Below are positions 1 to 9,594 of a DNA stretch of 64,000 nt, in pieces. A program made the translations under genes and the position numbers. Below the pieces are notes generated by a model. That model was given only the letters and a program-made list of their open reading frames with translations. It made no database searches and was not told the DNA's origin. Source of the stretch: a virus; IMG/VR virus record IMGVR_UViG_3300048574_000462, positions 32,662-96,661 of that record, one strand, 5' to 3'. Every line of letters starts with the position of its first letter. The first letter of the stretch is position 1.

Positions 1-2
1 CG

Positions 3-1076
3 CTGGGCGGCAGCACCTATACGACTGCCTCGTTTACCACCAACCTTCTGTCCGTCGCAGGGGACAATACGCTTTCGGTGACGGTGACGGATTCCCGTGG
101 ACGAACAGCCACCACTACCCGGACGATTACGGTGCTGACGTACTCCCCACCGTCGTTGTCGCTGTTCAAGGCTGAGCGCTGCAACACGGCCGGAACAGCG
201 CCACAGACAGACGGCACCAGGGTGCGGATTTCCGCGACCGCCAGCGCATCCTCAGTCAACGCCAAGAACACCATGAGCTGCATTGTGTACTATAAGCTGT
301 CCGCCGCCTCCACATGGGCGCAGGCCACGACGATCACCCCCAGCAATTACGCGATTGCCTCGGTGAACCTGCTCTTATCGCAGACCTTTGACGCCTTGTC
401 CAGCTTCGACCTGATGATCCGCATCACGGATTTCTTCCACGCCGTGGAGCAGGCCGTGAGCATCGGCACCAAGCAGGTCATGATGGATTTCTACCGGAAC
501 GGCACCGGTATTGCTTTCGGCAAGGTAGCCGAGACTGCGGGCGCCGTGGAATTCGGCTGGCCATTGATTCTGGAAGCGCCGCTGGGCGTTCCCCAGGGCG
601 GCACGGGCGCGGCAGGCGGACCGGCAGCGTGCGACAATCTCGGCGCGGTGAAAAAAGCGGGCGACACCATGACGGGCAACCTCTCCATTCAAAGCTCGCT
701 GTACCCGTCCGTCTACCTGCTGCCCACCTACAACGGCACGACCAACCGCACCGTGTTCGAAGGCAGTTATGTTGGCGCAAGCTCATTTGCCGCATGGGAG
801 GACAGCACGGGAAACAATCGGCGGATGCTTGAGGTACGGACGGCCGCCTACGCGCCCAGCATGGACAACGCCGTCCTCCTGCGCACGGCGGTTGGCGGCA
901 CGTTCTATGCTTTTCGTCTGTTCCATGCAGGTATGGCAACGCCCGTCCCGGTGGGAAACGGCGGCACCGGCGCATCCGCCCCGAAGGCGGCGCTCAACAA
1001 CCTGGGCATTTTCTATGCCGCTACGTTGCCGGCGAGCGGCACGGACGGCCAGATATGCCTCGTTCCGGTAGGATAA
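3..1076 (+). CDS. Siphophage minor tail/baseplate protein (DUF859-like), 5' truncated by window edge
   Basis: Frame is open from base 3 (LGGSTYTT...VTVTDSRGRTAT...ERCN...GIAFGKVAE); it resembles 56813..58633 and lies upstream of the lysis genes. Confidence 0.75.
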   Translation: MGGSTYTTASFTTNLLSVAGDNTLSVTVTDSRGRTATTTRTITVLTYSPPSLSLFKAERCNTAGTAPQTDGTRVRISATASASSVNAKNTMSCIVYYKLSAASTWAQATTITPSNYAIASVNLLLSQTFDALSSFDLMIRITDFFHAVEQAVSIGTKQVMMDFYRNGTGIAFGKVAETAGAVEFGWPLILEAPLGVPQGGTGAAGGPAACDNLGAVKKAGDTMTGNLSIQSSLYPSVYLLPTYNGTTNRTVFEGSYVGASSFAAWEDSTGNNRRMLEVRTAAYAPSMDNAVLLRTAVGGTFYAFRLFHAGMATPVPVGNGGTGASAPKAALNNLGIFYAATLPASGTDGQICLVPVG

Positions 1077-1088
1077 GGGGAAGGCTAC

Positions 1089-1748
1089 ATGAGCACTTTT
1101 ACCGCCACCGCCAGCAGTGCCTCTACCATTGGTTACGCGCAGTATGGCAGCACAACCTGGAATACCGGCACCTCAAACGGCGCGAGCCAGGGTGCGTATC
1201 AGGCTACTACATCGTCAGGTTCCCGCGTTGGCGTTATGGTGTTCTCCGGTGCAGGCGCGGCATTGAACGGCAAGATCATCACTCAAATCACTCTCAGAAT
1301 CACATGCTCCGCCGCTGGCTCATCCGCCAGCAATAAGGTGCTGTCCTTCCGTAAGGCCAACTATCAAACCCTGCAAACGGGCATTTCGGGTTCCGCTCAG
1401 GTGGGTACGGTGCTGGGCACGCTGACAGGCACCTTCTACGACAATACCGTCACCCATACGCTGAACGCCACCACCAACGCCGCTCTGTTTGAGGCGATCC
1501 GGGCTTACCTCATCGCCGGCAACAGCGCATTGGTGCTCTACAATGGCGAGACATCCACCGCCTCGGGCTACTCCACCAACTACGCCCGCGTGACCACATG
1601 CATCATCACAGTGACGTATGTGGACGCGACGGTCTGGTACTTTAGCGGTACCGCCTGGACGCAATGCGCCGTGTGGTATTGCCTCAACGGGACATGGGTC
1701 CAATGCGTGCCCTGGTACAACTCAGGGGGCACATGGATTCGCGTCTGA
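1089..1748 (+). CDS. Ser/Thr/Gly-rich phage tail-associated protein
   Basis: Beta-rich composition, three C-terminal 13-aa WY..G.W repeats, upstream RBS. Confidence 0.6.
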   Translation: MSTFTATASSASTIGYAQYGSTTWNTGTSNGASQGAYQATTSSGSRVGVMVFSGAGAALNGKIITQITLRITCSAAGSSASNKVLSFRKANYQTLQTGISGSAQVGTVLGTLTGTFYDNTVTHTLNATTNAALFEAIRAYLIAGNSALVLYNGETSTASGYSTNYARVTTCIITVTYVDATVWYFSGTAWTQCAVWYCLNGTWVQCVPWYNSGGTWIRV

Positions 1749-1760
1749 TGTTCCAATTTC

Positions 1761-1788
1761 AAGCCGTCCGATGCCGGACGGCTTTTCA
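1761..1788 (+). terminator. Hairpin/terminator after tail genes
   Basis: AAGCCGTCC-gatgcc-GGACGGCTT followed by TT. Confidence 0.5.
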
Positions 1789-1819
1789 TATACACAGAAA
1801 TTCATGGGAGGGATTCATC

Positions 1820-2284
1820 ATGAAAGAAACCTTGGGAACCGGCCTGACCGCCATTGGCGCGGGTATCGTGACCACGCTGTTGGGCGGCTGGGACCGGGCG
1901 CTGGAGATTCTGCTGATCGTCATCGTCCTGGACTACTTGACCGGCGTGGCGTCGGCGTTCAAAAGCAAGACAGTCAGCTCCAGCGAGGGTTTTATGGGAC
2001 TGGTCAAGAAGGCGAGCATTTTCCTCATCGTCATTCTGGCAGCGCAGATCGACCGGATCACCGGCAACACAGCGGCTATCTTTCGAACCTGCACGGCCTT
2101 CTTCTTCATCGCCAACGACGCCTTATCCATTCTGGAGAATGTCGGCGAAATGGGCGTGAAGCTGCCCGCGTTCCTCAAGAACGCGCTGATCAAGCTGCGT
2201 GACGAGAACGACTTGCCGCCCGAACTTGGTGGCGGCAGTGATACCGAAAACAAGAACAAGACCGACCAGGGCGACGGCAAGTAA
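1820..2284 (+). CDS. Phage holin (holin family 4)
   Basis: LGGWD..L..L..LDYLTG...NDALSILEN....G..LP motif; ATG 1820 follows a GGAGG RBS. Confidence 0.9.
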   Translation: MKETLGTGLTAIGAGIVTTLLGGWDRALEILLIVIVLDYLTGVASAFKSKTVSSSEGFMGLVKKASIFLIVILAAQIDRITGNTAAIFRTCTAFFFIANDALSILENVGEMGVKLPAFLKNALIKLRDENDLPPELGGGSDTENKNKTDQGDGK

Positions 2285-2315
2285 GCCGCCGCCCATTTTA
2301 TAAGGAGGGAAACCC

Positions 2316-3170
2316 ATGGCTACGGAAACCAATCGCGCCTTGATCCCGCTCACAGGTGAGCACTTCGCCGCATGGTGCCTCAAGATGGTCGGCCAGCCCT
2401 ATTGGTACGGGACCTGCGTGTACAAATGCACGGAGAGCCTCCGTTCCCGCAAGGCCGGGCAATATCCGTCCCACTACGGTTCGTCCCGCACCAGCCGATA
2501 CCGGCAGGACATCGCCGCGAAGAAGGTGTGCGCCGACTGCATCGGCGGAGCAAAAGGGTATGCCTGGACCAATGGTGGTGTGGGCGTGCTGGAGAGCATC
2601 GGCACCGACAAGACGTTTACCAGCAAGACCGGCGCCAACGGCTGTCCGGACCGCAGCGCCAACGGCATGTTCACCTACGCCAAGTCAAAGGGTATGGAGT
2701 GGGGAAAGATCGGGACGCTGCCGGAGATCGTCGGCCTCGCGCTCTGGAAGGATGGGCATGTGGGCTACTACGTCGGCAACGGCTACGCGGTCGAGTGGAA
2801 GGGCTACGCCTACGGCTGCGTCAAGACCAAGGTTGCGGGCCGGGGCTGGCAGAACTGGTACAAGCTCCCCTTCATCAAGTACGGGGAAGTGACGGTGCCA
2901 GAGAAGCCGGAAACGCCGGGCAATGGCGATGCGCCCAAGTACGACTTTGGGACGCGCCTGCTGCGTTACCGCAAGGGCCATACGATGCTCAAGGGCGACG
3001 ATGTGCTGTCGGTCCAGGCGCGTCTGATCGAACTCGGCTTCGACCCCGGCAAGGCGGACGGTGCATATGGCCCGAAATCCACCGCTGCCGTGACCGCGTT
3101 CCAAGCCGCTCGTAAGATTGAGGCGGACGGCATTGTCGGCCCGATCACCCGCGCGGAGCTTGGGAGATAG
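2316..3170 (+). CDS. Endolysin: NlpC/P60-like catalytic domain plus peptidoglycan-binding domain
   Basis: DCIG and GHVG catalytic motifs; C-terminal DG.YGP....AV..FQ.....DGIVGP.T. Confidence 0.85.
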   Translation: MATETNRALIPLTGEHFAAWCLKMVGQPYWYGTCVYKCTESLRSRKAGQYPSHYGSSRTSRYRQDIAAKKVCADCIGGAKGYAWTNGGVGVLESIGTDKTFTSKTGANGCPDRSANGMFTYAKSKGMEWGKIGTLPEIVGLALWKDGHVGYYVGNGYAVEWKGYAYGCVKTKVAGRGWQNWYKLPFIKYGEVTVPEKPETPGNGDAPKYDFGTRLLRYRKGHTMLKGDDVLSVQARLIELGFDPGKADGAYGPKSTAAVTAFQAARKIEADGIVGPITRAELGR

Positions 3171-3185
3171 AACGCACCTTCATGA

Positions 3186-3224
3186 AAAAGCTCGGCGTTT
3201 AAAGTAAAATCGCCGAGCTTTTTC
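3186..3224. terminator. Bidirectional intrinsic terminator
   Basis: AAAAAGCTCGGCG-loop-CGCCGAGCTTTTT. Confidence 0.75.
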
Positions 3225-3320
3225 TGCATCAGACAGAAAGCGAAAAGCCTTGTCTTTTAGGGCGATAAAGCGGAAACTGGCTCTGGATAATGCGAAATTT
3301 CTAAGGGGAGGAACCATTTC

Positions 3321-3746
3321 ATGAAACAGGCTCTTGTTTACGCAAGGTGTGCCGGCCCTTCCGACAATGCAATCCACCTCCAGCAGAGCGCGTGCCAAAC
3401 CTTCGCGGAACAAAACGGATTCTCCGTTTCGGACGTCATCGTCGAAAGCGGCGTGGCAGGCCGCGTCAACGGCCAGCGAGACGGCCTTAATCTGTTGCTC
3501 AGAATGGCAAGCGCGCACCGATTTGATGCTTTGGTCCTGAGTTCCATCAACCGCATTTCTCGCAACCTCCATGAAGCCTTCGCCTTTCTGGATGCGGTCG
3601 CCGAGTGTGGCGTCGAGATATGGAGCGTACAAGAAGGCAATTATACCGAGTGGCGCACCGGCTATGTGGCGCAGATACAGAAAATCTTCGCGGATTTCCT
3701 GCGGGAAGGCGCGGAAGATGCGAAGATGCAAGCGATAGGAGAGTAA
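3321..3746 (+). CDS. Stand-alone resolvase-fold protein, probably catalytically dead
   Basis: YARCA replaces YARVS; SG...R.GL and RISRN motifs are retained; there is no DNA-binding domain. Confidence 0.7.
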   Translation: MKQALVYARCAGPSDNAIHLQQSACQTFAEQNGFSVSDVIVESGVAGRVNGQRDGLNLLLRMASAHRFDALVLSSINRISRNLHEAFAFLDAVAECGVEIWSVQEGNYTEWRTGYVAQIQKIFADFLREGAEDAKMQAIGE

Positions 3747-3915
3747 CTTGCTCAGGGCACGACCACCGGGCACCAATGGCCGCAGGCATTCAATACGCCT
3801 GCGGCGCTTTTTCATAAGCAGCATGATTACACGAATTCATTGAAACAAAACTTCACGAAGTCAATGCGCAAAGCACCAACAACATTCCGGCCTTGTGCCG
3901 TATTTGGAGGCGCGT

Positions 3916-4311
3916 ATGACTTCCCAAGAAAAAGCCCGTCTGTTTGAAATGCGACAGGCGGGTATGAGCTTTGCTCAGATTTCCGCCGACCTCGGCTTAT
4001 CGAAAAATACCCTCAAATCCTTCTTCCGGCGTGCGGACACGACCAAAGAAGCTGCGACCACCGCCTGTGCCCGCTGTGGCGATCCCATAGCGATCAAAGG
4101 AAAGCGGCGGTTTTGCTCAGACGGCTGCCGTTACGCCTGGAGCTATTCCCACCGTATCCTAAGCGTTCACAATGCGGTCGAGAAGAAATGTGCGTGCTGC
4201 GGTGAACGCTTTTTCAGCTACGCGTCCAGCTACCGCAAATACTGCTCCCGGGCCTGCTATCTCGCAGACCGCTATGGCAAGGAGGGTTGTCATGACGGAC
4301 ATGCAGTATAG
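3916..4311 (+). CDS. HTH plus Cys-rich zinc-binding regulator
   Basis: N-terminal HTH (GMSFAQISADLGLSKNTLKSFFRR) and two CxxC...CS..C clusters. Confidence 0.75.
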   Translation: MTSQEKARLFEMRQAGMSFAQISADLGLSKNTLKSFFRRADTTKEAATTACARCGDPIAIKGKRRFCSDGCRYAWSYSHRILSVHNAVEKKCACCGERFFSYASSYRKYCSRACYLADRYGKEGCHDGHAV

Positions 4312-4501
4312 GCAGAATCAGCGATACCTGGCGGCCATCTCCGTGGCCAGCGATATGCTTCGTTGCGGCCTCATTGACGAAGCGGATTTCTCGGCACTTG
4401 AGACAAAGTTCGCCGCGAAATTTCAGCCTCTCTTTCGCTATGAAAAGCCTTGTCTTTCCGCGACCCTTCCTATAAGACAGACAGACGATGGGAGGGGTTG
4501 A
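4292..4501 (+). CDS. SHOCT-like small protein of the recombinase module
   Basis: ML..GLIDE.DF motif, immediately upstream of the serine recombinases. Confidence 0.65.
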   Translation: MTDMQYRQNQRYLAAISVASDMLRCGLIDEADFSALETKFAAKFQPLFRYEKPCLSATLPIRQTDDGRG

Positions 4502-4503
4502 CA

Positions 4504-5802
4504 ATGGCCCGAATCATACGGAAAATGAACCCGGTACTGCCGCTGCCGCCACGGATGCTGAATGTCGCGGCCTATGCGCGGGTATCGCTGGACAAGGATT
4601 CCATGCTGCACTCGCTGTCCGCGCAGGTAAGCTATTACAGCGACCGCATTCAGAAGAACCCCGGCTGGCGGTACGCGGGCGTGTATGCGGACAAAGCGCT
4701 CACCGGTACCAAGGCCGAGCGCCCGGAATTCCAGCGGCTGCTGGCCGACTGCCGGGCCGGGAAGATCGACATGGTGATTACCAAGAGCATCAGCCGGTTT
4801 GCCCGCAATACGGTGACGCTGCTGGAAACGGTTCGTGAATTGAAAGCGCTGGGCGTGGACGTCTACTTTGAAGAACAGAATATCCACTCCATGAGCGGGG
4901 ATGGCGAGCTGATGCTTACCATCCTCGCTTCCTATGCGCAGGAAGAAAGCCGCTCGGTATCTGAAAACTGCACATGGCGCATTCGCAAGAAATTCGAGGC
5001 GGGCATTCCAACGACCGTGCAGATTCTCGGATACAAAGTCCATCGGGGTACTTTCACGATCATCCCGGAGGAAGCGGACATCGTCCGAATGATCTTCGTG
5101 GACTATCTTGGCGGCATGGGACGTAACGCAATTTACCGGAAAATCGTTGCGCTGGACATTCCCACAAAGACCGGGCGGAATTGGTGCGAAGCCACCATTG
5201 ACGAAATCCTCCGAAACGAGAAGTATGTCGGCGACCTGCTGTTGCAGAAATACTTCCGCGAAGATCATCTGGCCAAGAAAGACCGAAGGAATCGTGGCGA
5301 GCTTCCGCAATATTATGTCCGCGATCATCACGAGGCGATCATCGCCCGCGCAGACTTCGCCCGCGTTCAGGAAATGCTCAAGGAGCGCGGCGAGTATTTC
5401 CACCCTTATGAGTATCAGCCCACGGATTACCAGTTCAAGGGGAAGCTCGTCTGCGGGAATTGCGGCAAGGCTTACAACCGCAAAACGACGCTGGGCAGGG
5501 TTTCATGGCAATGCTCCACATTCTTGCGGCTGGGCAAAGCATATTGCCACGCCAAGCAGATTCCCGAGGATACGCTGATGGAGATCACGGCTTCGGTACT
5601 CGGCCTGCGCGTGTTCGACGCGGCTGCATTCAAAAGCCGGATTCGGGAAATCCGCGTTCCGGCGTTCAACCATCTCACCTATGTGTTCGATGACGGCACC
5701 GAAGAAACGCGCGTGTGGCAGGACAAATCCCGGCGTGATAGCTGGGACGATTCTATGCGCCAGCAGGCGGCGGAGCACGCGAGAAGGAGATATGAAAAAT
5801 GA
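4504..5802 (+). CDS. Large serine recombinase
   Basis: AYARVS, TKSISRFARN, AQEES, recombinase domain (NEKYVG) and zinc ribbon CGNC...C...C. Confidence 0.93.
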   Translation: MARIIRKMNPVLPLPPRMLNVAAYARVSLDKDSMLHSLSAQVSYYSDRIQKNPGWRYAGVYADKALTGTKAERPEFQRLLADCRAGKIDMVITKSISRFARNTVTLLETVRELKALGVDVYFEEQNIHSMSGDGELMLTILASYAQEESRSVSENCTWRIRKKFEAGIPTTVQILGYKVHRGTFTIIPEEADIVRMIFVDYLGGMGRNAIYRKIVALDIPTKTGRNWCEATIDEILRNEKYVGDLLLQKYFREDHLAKKDRRNRGELPQYYVRDHHEAIIARADFARVQEMLKERGEYFHPYEYQPTDYQFKGKLVCGNCGKAYNRKTTLGRVSWQCSTFLRLGKAYCHAKQIPEDTLMEITASVLGLRVFDAAAFKSRIREIRVPAFNHLTYVFDDGTEETRVWQDKSRRDSWDDSMRQQAAEHARRRYEK

Positions 5803-6032
5803 GCGAGGCAAGAGCATACGCGCCCAGGGTGACGATGACGCCCGCCACACTGAACCGCTTTACGGCTATGCCGATCAACGGAACGAAGAAGCGCCGCGTG
5901 GCGGCCTATGCCCGTGTATCCACCGACAATGAAGAACAAAAGACCAGCTACGAGGCGCAGGTGGACTACTATACGCAGTACATCCACTCCAAATCCGAGT
6001 GGGAATTCGTCAAGGTTTATACCGACGAATAG
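5799..6032 (+). pseudogene. Large serine recombinase, 5' fragment cut at YTDE
   Basis: AAYARVST..EEQ.TSYEAQ..YY...EW..V.VYTDE followed by TAG where GISGT is expected. Confidence 0.88.
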
Positions 6033-6052
6033 ACGTCTTATCCGGAACAAAT
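6005..6052. other. Putative attL junction of a serine-recombinase-integrated element
   Basis: GACGAA|TAGACGTCTTA TCCGGAACAAAT: SGTN-coding bases reappear displaced by exactly 5 bp, and GC content drops to the right. Confidence 0.6.
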
Positions 6053-6789
6053 TACACAACATTAAATGGCGGCATAGCTTGCACAATTTTACCATCAAGG
6101 AGCTTACCGTTAGCTTTTTTGCTTCGCTTAATCCCATCAGGTCCCCACGTCCCCCATTGTTTAAAAAAGAATGGTATGTTTCTATCATTGGCCTGGGCTT
6201 GTATTGACATAACCCATTCCGGGCTCATAGGACGTGCTTGAACGCCACTTTCACCTCCAACAATGATCCAGTTGATATCCGATAAATCAAGTCTGCCTAA
6301 GTCCTCTAGAAGAGGTTCGCAAGATAAAAAACGAACAGACGATTTTACATTTCTAAGAATGTCAATTCTTGACTTAGCCTCTACATCCTCTACTGTAACG
6401 CCTAACCAGACATTGGATGGCACAGTATTATTTCCAAAATACTCAGCCATTCTTCCGGCGCGTTTTGTAAGTATCTGATAACGATGGTGTGTGGCTTTCT
6501 GAATTGTATCCATTACTCTATCGATAAACGAAAAAGGGACAGATTCATGGAACAAGTCTGCCATTGAACAAACAAAAATCGTATGCGGAGCTTTCCAACT
6601 AATCGGCTCATCAAGAGCATCTTCGTGGACCGTCGGCAAAAAGCCATTTGAATATTTCTCGACCCCCATTGCCTTAAGCCGATTGGCCATTATCTCAGCG
6701 TAACAATGCACGCATCCCGCCGATATCTTTGTGCAACCAGTGACGGGGTTCCATGTTCTTTCTGTCCATTCAATCTTCGTTACGCTCAT
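6052..6789 (-). CDS. DUF5131 / phage Gp37-Gp68 family three-Cys protein
   Basis: TKIEWT..TWNPVTGCTKISAGC.HCYA, LTKR, FLSCEPLL, WIIVGGESG and FFFKQWG motifs. Confidence 0.93.
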   Translation of the reverse strand: MSVTKIEWTERTWNPVTGCTKISAGCVHCYAEIMANRLKAMGVEKYSNGFLPTVHEDALDEPISWKAPHTIFVCSMADLFHESVPFSFIDRVMDTIQKATHHRYQILTKRAGRMAEYFGNNTVPSNVWLGVTVEDVEAKSRIDILRNVKSSVRFLSCEPLLEDLGRLDLSDINWIIVGGESGVQARPMSPEWVMSIQAQANDRNIPFFFKQWGTWGPDGIKRSKKANGKLLDGKIVQAMPPFNVV

Positions 6790-7376
6790 TTTATATCTCC
6801 AAACGTAATTCGCATTTTATCAGAAAAAGTACCTTTCTTCGGCTGCTTATCTGTTGTTGGATCTTTCGCCACAACTTTCCCTTCACCATATAGTTTCATA
6901 AGAACATCCTTATAATTCTTCTTAATGTATGGCCTATCAACACTATGCTCTTCGTACAGGCGCATAAAATCGATCGTTTTACCCGCGTACTCCGATAAAA
7001 GCATGCCGCTCAATTTTTCTAACGGCGTAGATAATAAATCAAATATAGAGCCTTGCCTGAAATGAGCATATCGTGGATTGTATTCAAATGTTGAGACGCA
7101 TTCGTTATTTTCGGAACATTCCTTATGCATAATTCCTTTCATAATATCGTATCCTAGGAAGTTTTTGCTCAAGAATATTAAATGATGACTTGTTCGAGTT
7201 CCACTATCATTACGAAATCTAAACGGCAAAACAAAACGGCTCCCATTCTGACGCAACGAGTCGCATAACGCCTGCACAACAATCATTTCCCGTTCGTCTG
7301 GTGTTTTGCCGAAGCACTCTTGTTGAAGCGTGCCTAGACGCTCTTCACCAAACAAAGAAACCATATGAGTCCTTAT

Positions 7377-8823
7377 GAGCTTGTCCCAAGCGGCGTGGAA
7401 TTTGAGGAAGGAGGAACGAAGAAAAAAGGCGACAACACCGTCAGAATCTGTTATTCTATAGCTGACAACACAAGAAAACAGATAGGGAGGAATTGTCACC
7501 ATGAGTATAGTATACCGCAAGAATTCCGGGAGCGTCAAGGGAGCAATTGGGTTAATTGATTACGAACTGATCGAAGCAAAGGCAAGCGAGGGATTGCTGA
7601 GAGTATCGGTCGAGATAGGACTGGAAGTAGTTCGACAGATGATGGAGACAGACGTAACCGAACTGGTTGGCAGCAAAGGGAAACACAATCCCGGGCGAAC
7701 GGCGTATCGGCACGGCTGGGATGAGAGCAAGGTCGTATTGGGGAGCGAAAAAGTATCTGTAAGACGCCCGCGAGTACGCGGGACGGACGGAACAGAAATG
7801 CCGATCAAGAGTTTGGGACTATTTCAAACAGACGATCCAATGAATGACGCGATACTGTCGAGGTTGCTCAGTGGGGTGAGCACGCGAAAACTGTGCAGAA
7901 CGACGGATGAACTCGTGGATGATCCTGCTTGCGTCAGCAAAAGCGAAGTGAGCCGGCGATTCAGAAGCGGCATGGAAAAGGCAATGGCTGAGTTCTTCGG
8001 GAGGCGGATCGAGGGCAGCATGCCAATCATGATGTTGGACGGTATGGGGCTTGGAGATATGACAATCGTAGCTGCGATGGGGATCGACGAGGAAGGGCAC
8101 AAGCATATGCTGGGCTTGACGGAAGGCGGAACGGAAAACAGCGAGGTGGTGAGTGCGTTGTTGAACGACATGATTTTGCGGGGTTTGGACGCGCAGGAAC
8201 CGCGGCTATATGTTCTTGACGGCGGGAAAGCGCTGAGCAAAGCCGTCAAAGATACGTTTGGGAAAAAGGCCGTGGTACAGCGCTGTCAGGTGCACAAGAA
8301 ACGGAACGTGCTGGCGCATCTACCGAAATCGGAGCAAGAGAACGTAAGCAAGCGACTGACGATGGCATATCGGGAATTTGATTACGAGAAAGCTAATTCG
8401 AGCCTTGAACTTCTGGCGAAAGAGATGGATCTGCGTTATCCAAAGGCATCGGATAGCCTGCGTGAAGGACTGGAGGAAACGCTGACCGTGCATCGGTTGC
8501 GCGTCCCCGGCTTACTGCGAGAGACGTTATCGAGTACAAACGCGATGGAATCGGCGAATTCCGTTTGCGCCGGTGTTCTCCGCCGCGTAACCAATTTCAA
8601 GCATGGCGGGACGACGCTTCGGCATGCCGCAGCCGGGTTCATGGAGGCCGAGCGCAGCTTTCACAGAGTGAGGGGCTATAAGCAGATTCCTTCACTGAAA
8701 ATGAATCTGGCTCGATTGACAGAAACTGGGGATTGGTCTATACTGGGCGTAGCTTGATGGGAGACGGGTTGCTTTGGTGTCGCCATGCCTCTTATCAAAT
8801 TCCACGGAGTCTGGGACAGGCTC
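7377..8823 (+). mobile_element. IS256-family insertion sequence, 1447 bp
   Basis: Imperfect TIRs GAGCTTGTCCCAAGCGGCGTGGAATTTGA / GAGCCTGTCCCAGACTCCGTGGAATTTGA; 9-bp target duplication AGTCCTTAT at 7368-7376 and 8824-8832. Confidence 0.95.
7501..8757 (+). CDS. IS256-family transposase
   Basis: GVSTR, LDG, DGGKAL, QRCQVHK.RN and STN..ES motifs. Confidence 0.95.
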   Translation: MSIVYRKNSGSVKGAIGLIDYELIEAKASEGLLRVSVEIGLEVVRQMMETDVTELVGSKGKHNPGRTAYRHGWDESKVVLGSEKVSVRRPRVRGTDGTEMPIKSLGLFQTDDPMNDAILSRLLSGVSTRKLCRTTDELVDDPACVSKSEVSRRFRSGMEKAMAEFFGRRIEGSMPIMMLDGMGLGDMTIVAAMGIDEEGHKHMLGLTEGGTENSEVVSALLNDMILRGLDAQEPRLYVLDGGKALSKAVKDTFGKKAVVQRCQVHKKRNVLAHLPKSEQENVSKRLTMAYREFDYEKANSSLELLAKEMDLRYPKASDSLREGLEETLTVHRLRVPGLLRETLSSTNAMESANSVCAGVLRRVTNFKHGGTTLRHAAAGFMEAERSFHRVRGYKQIPSLKMNLARLTETGDWSILGVA

Positions 8824-9416
8824 AGTCCTTATAGCATCATTATTGACACCCATGTTCACGCGATTATAGTTAAAGAAAAACACACAATCACATCCCCAAT
8901 CTTTGATAATCGAGGACACTAAGTTGAGCGAAAGCCCTTTATACCCCCACGGATCGACAAAGAAAAATGCTGGGACGAGCTTTATTCGACTAAACATTTC
9001 AGCAATTTCGTCTCCAACCTCTTCATTATAGAACGCTGGAAGGTACTTGAGCCTTTCTATGCCGGGGAGTTGACTTATTGAAGTTTTGAGGCTCTCAATA
9101 TTTGCTAGATCCTTATCATTAAACCACGTAATTATTCTTCCTGAAAGTTCAGGGCTGCTGAGGATGGTTTCTAAAACCAACAAGGGAGTGGATTTGCTCT
9201 GATCATCATATCTGCCTGGCCCTGCAAACAAATCAATATACGCCATTCTTTGGACGTGCTGAGGATACTTCTTCTGTGTGGCAAGTATTACTTTTGCCCA
9301 TGCATCAAAGTACTTCGCAACAATTCTAGCCTTTATCATTGATTGTTCGCGCTGTTCCTGAAAAAAGTTGTTAGCCACACGTGTCACTCCCTTTCAAATT
9401 CCATCGACGTTTCTGG

Positions 9417-9575
9417 TCAGTTCCCCTTGTGCGCATTTTCTTGATACGTCATGTTGAACACCATATCGGACAGCCACTTCTTAAAGGAAGGATTGTCCTG
9501 AAACTGCTTGAACAGCTCCATGTTGTCCGACATAATGGAAAAGATCACCTGTTGCAAGGCGCACTCACTCTCCAT
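9417..9575 (-). pseudogene. hsdR: C-terminal remnant of type I restriction subunit R
   Basis: Unlisted 52-aa frame MESECALQQVIFSIMSDNMELFKQFQDNPSFKKWLSDMVFNMTY..., which I recognise as an HsdR C-terminus. Confidence 0.7.
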
Positions 9576-9594
9576 TTGACATTCCGGTATTCAA

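Larger units (their letters stand above)
1..6032 (+). mobile_element. Right end of prophage 1 (tail, lysis, serine recombinase module)
   Basis: Gene order is tail protein - holin - endolysin - HTH/SHOCT - two serine recombinases; the element runs off the left window edge. Confidence 0.85.
6786..9387 (-). pseudogene. tcmP: Three-Cys-motif partner protein TcmP, interrupted by IS256
   Basis: YIDLFAGPG and FFVDPWGY motifs next to DUF5131; removing 7368-8823 rejoins ...NNDAIRT|HMVSLF... in frame. Confidence 0.85.

Noticed and set aside
6786-7538. 250-aa and 231-aa ORFs as independent genes
   Set aside because: They are the two halves of tcmP reading into the IS ends.
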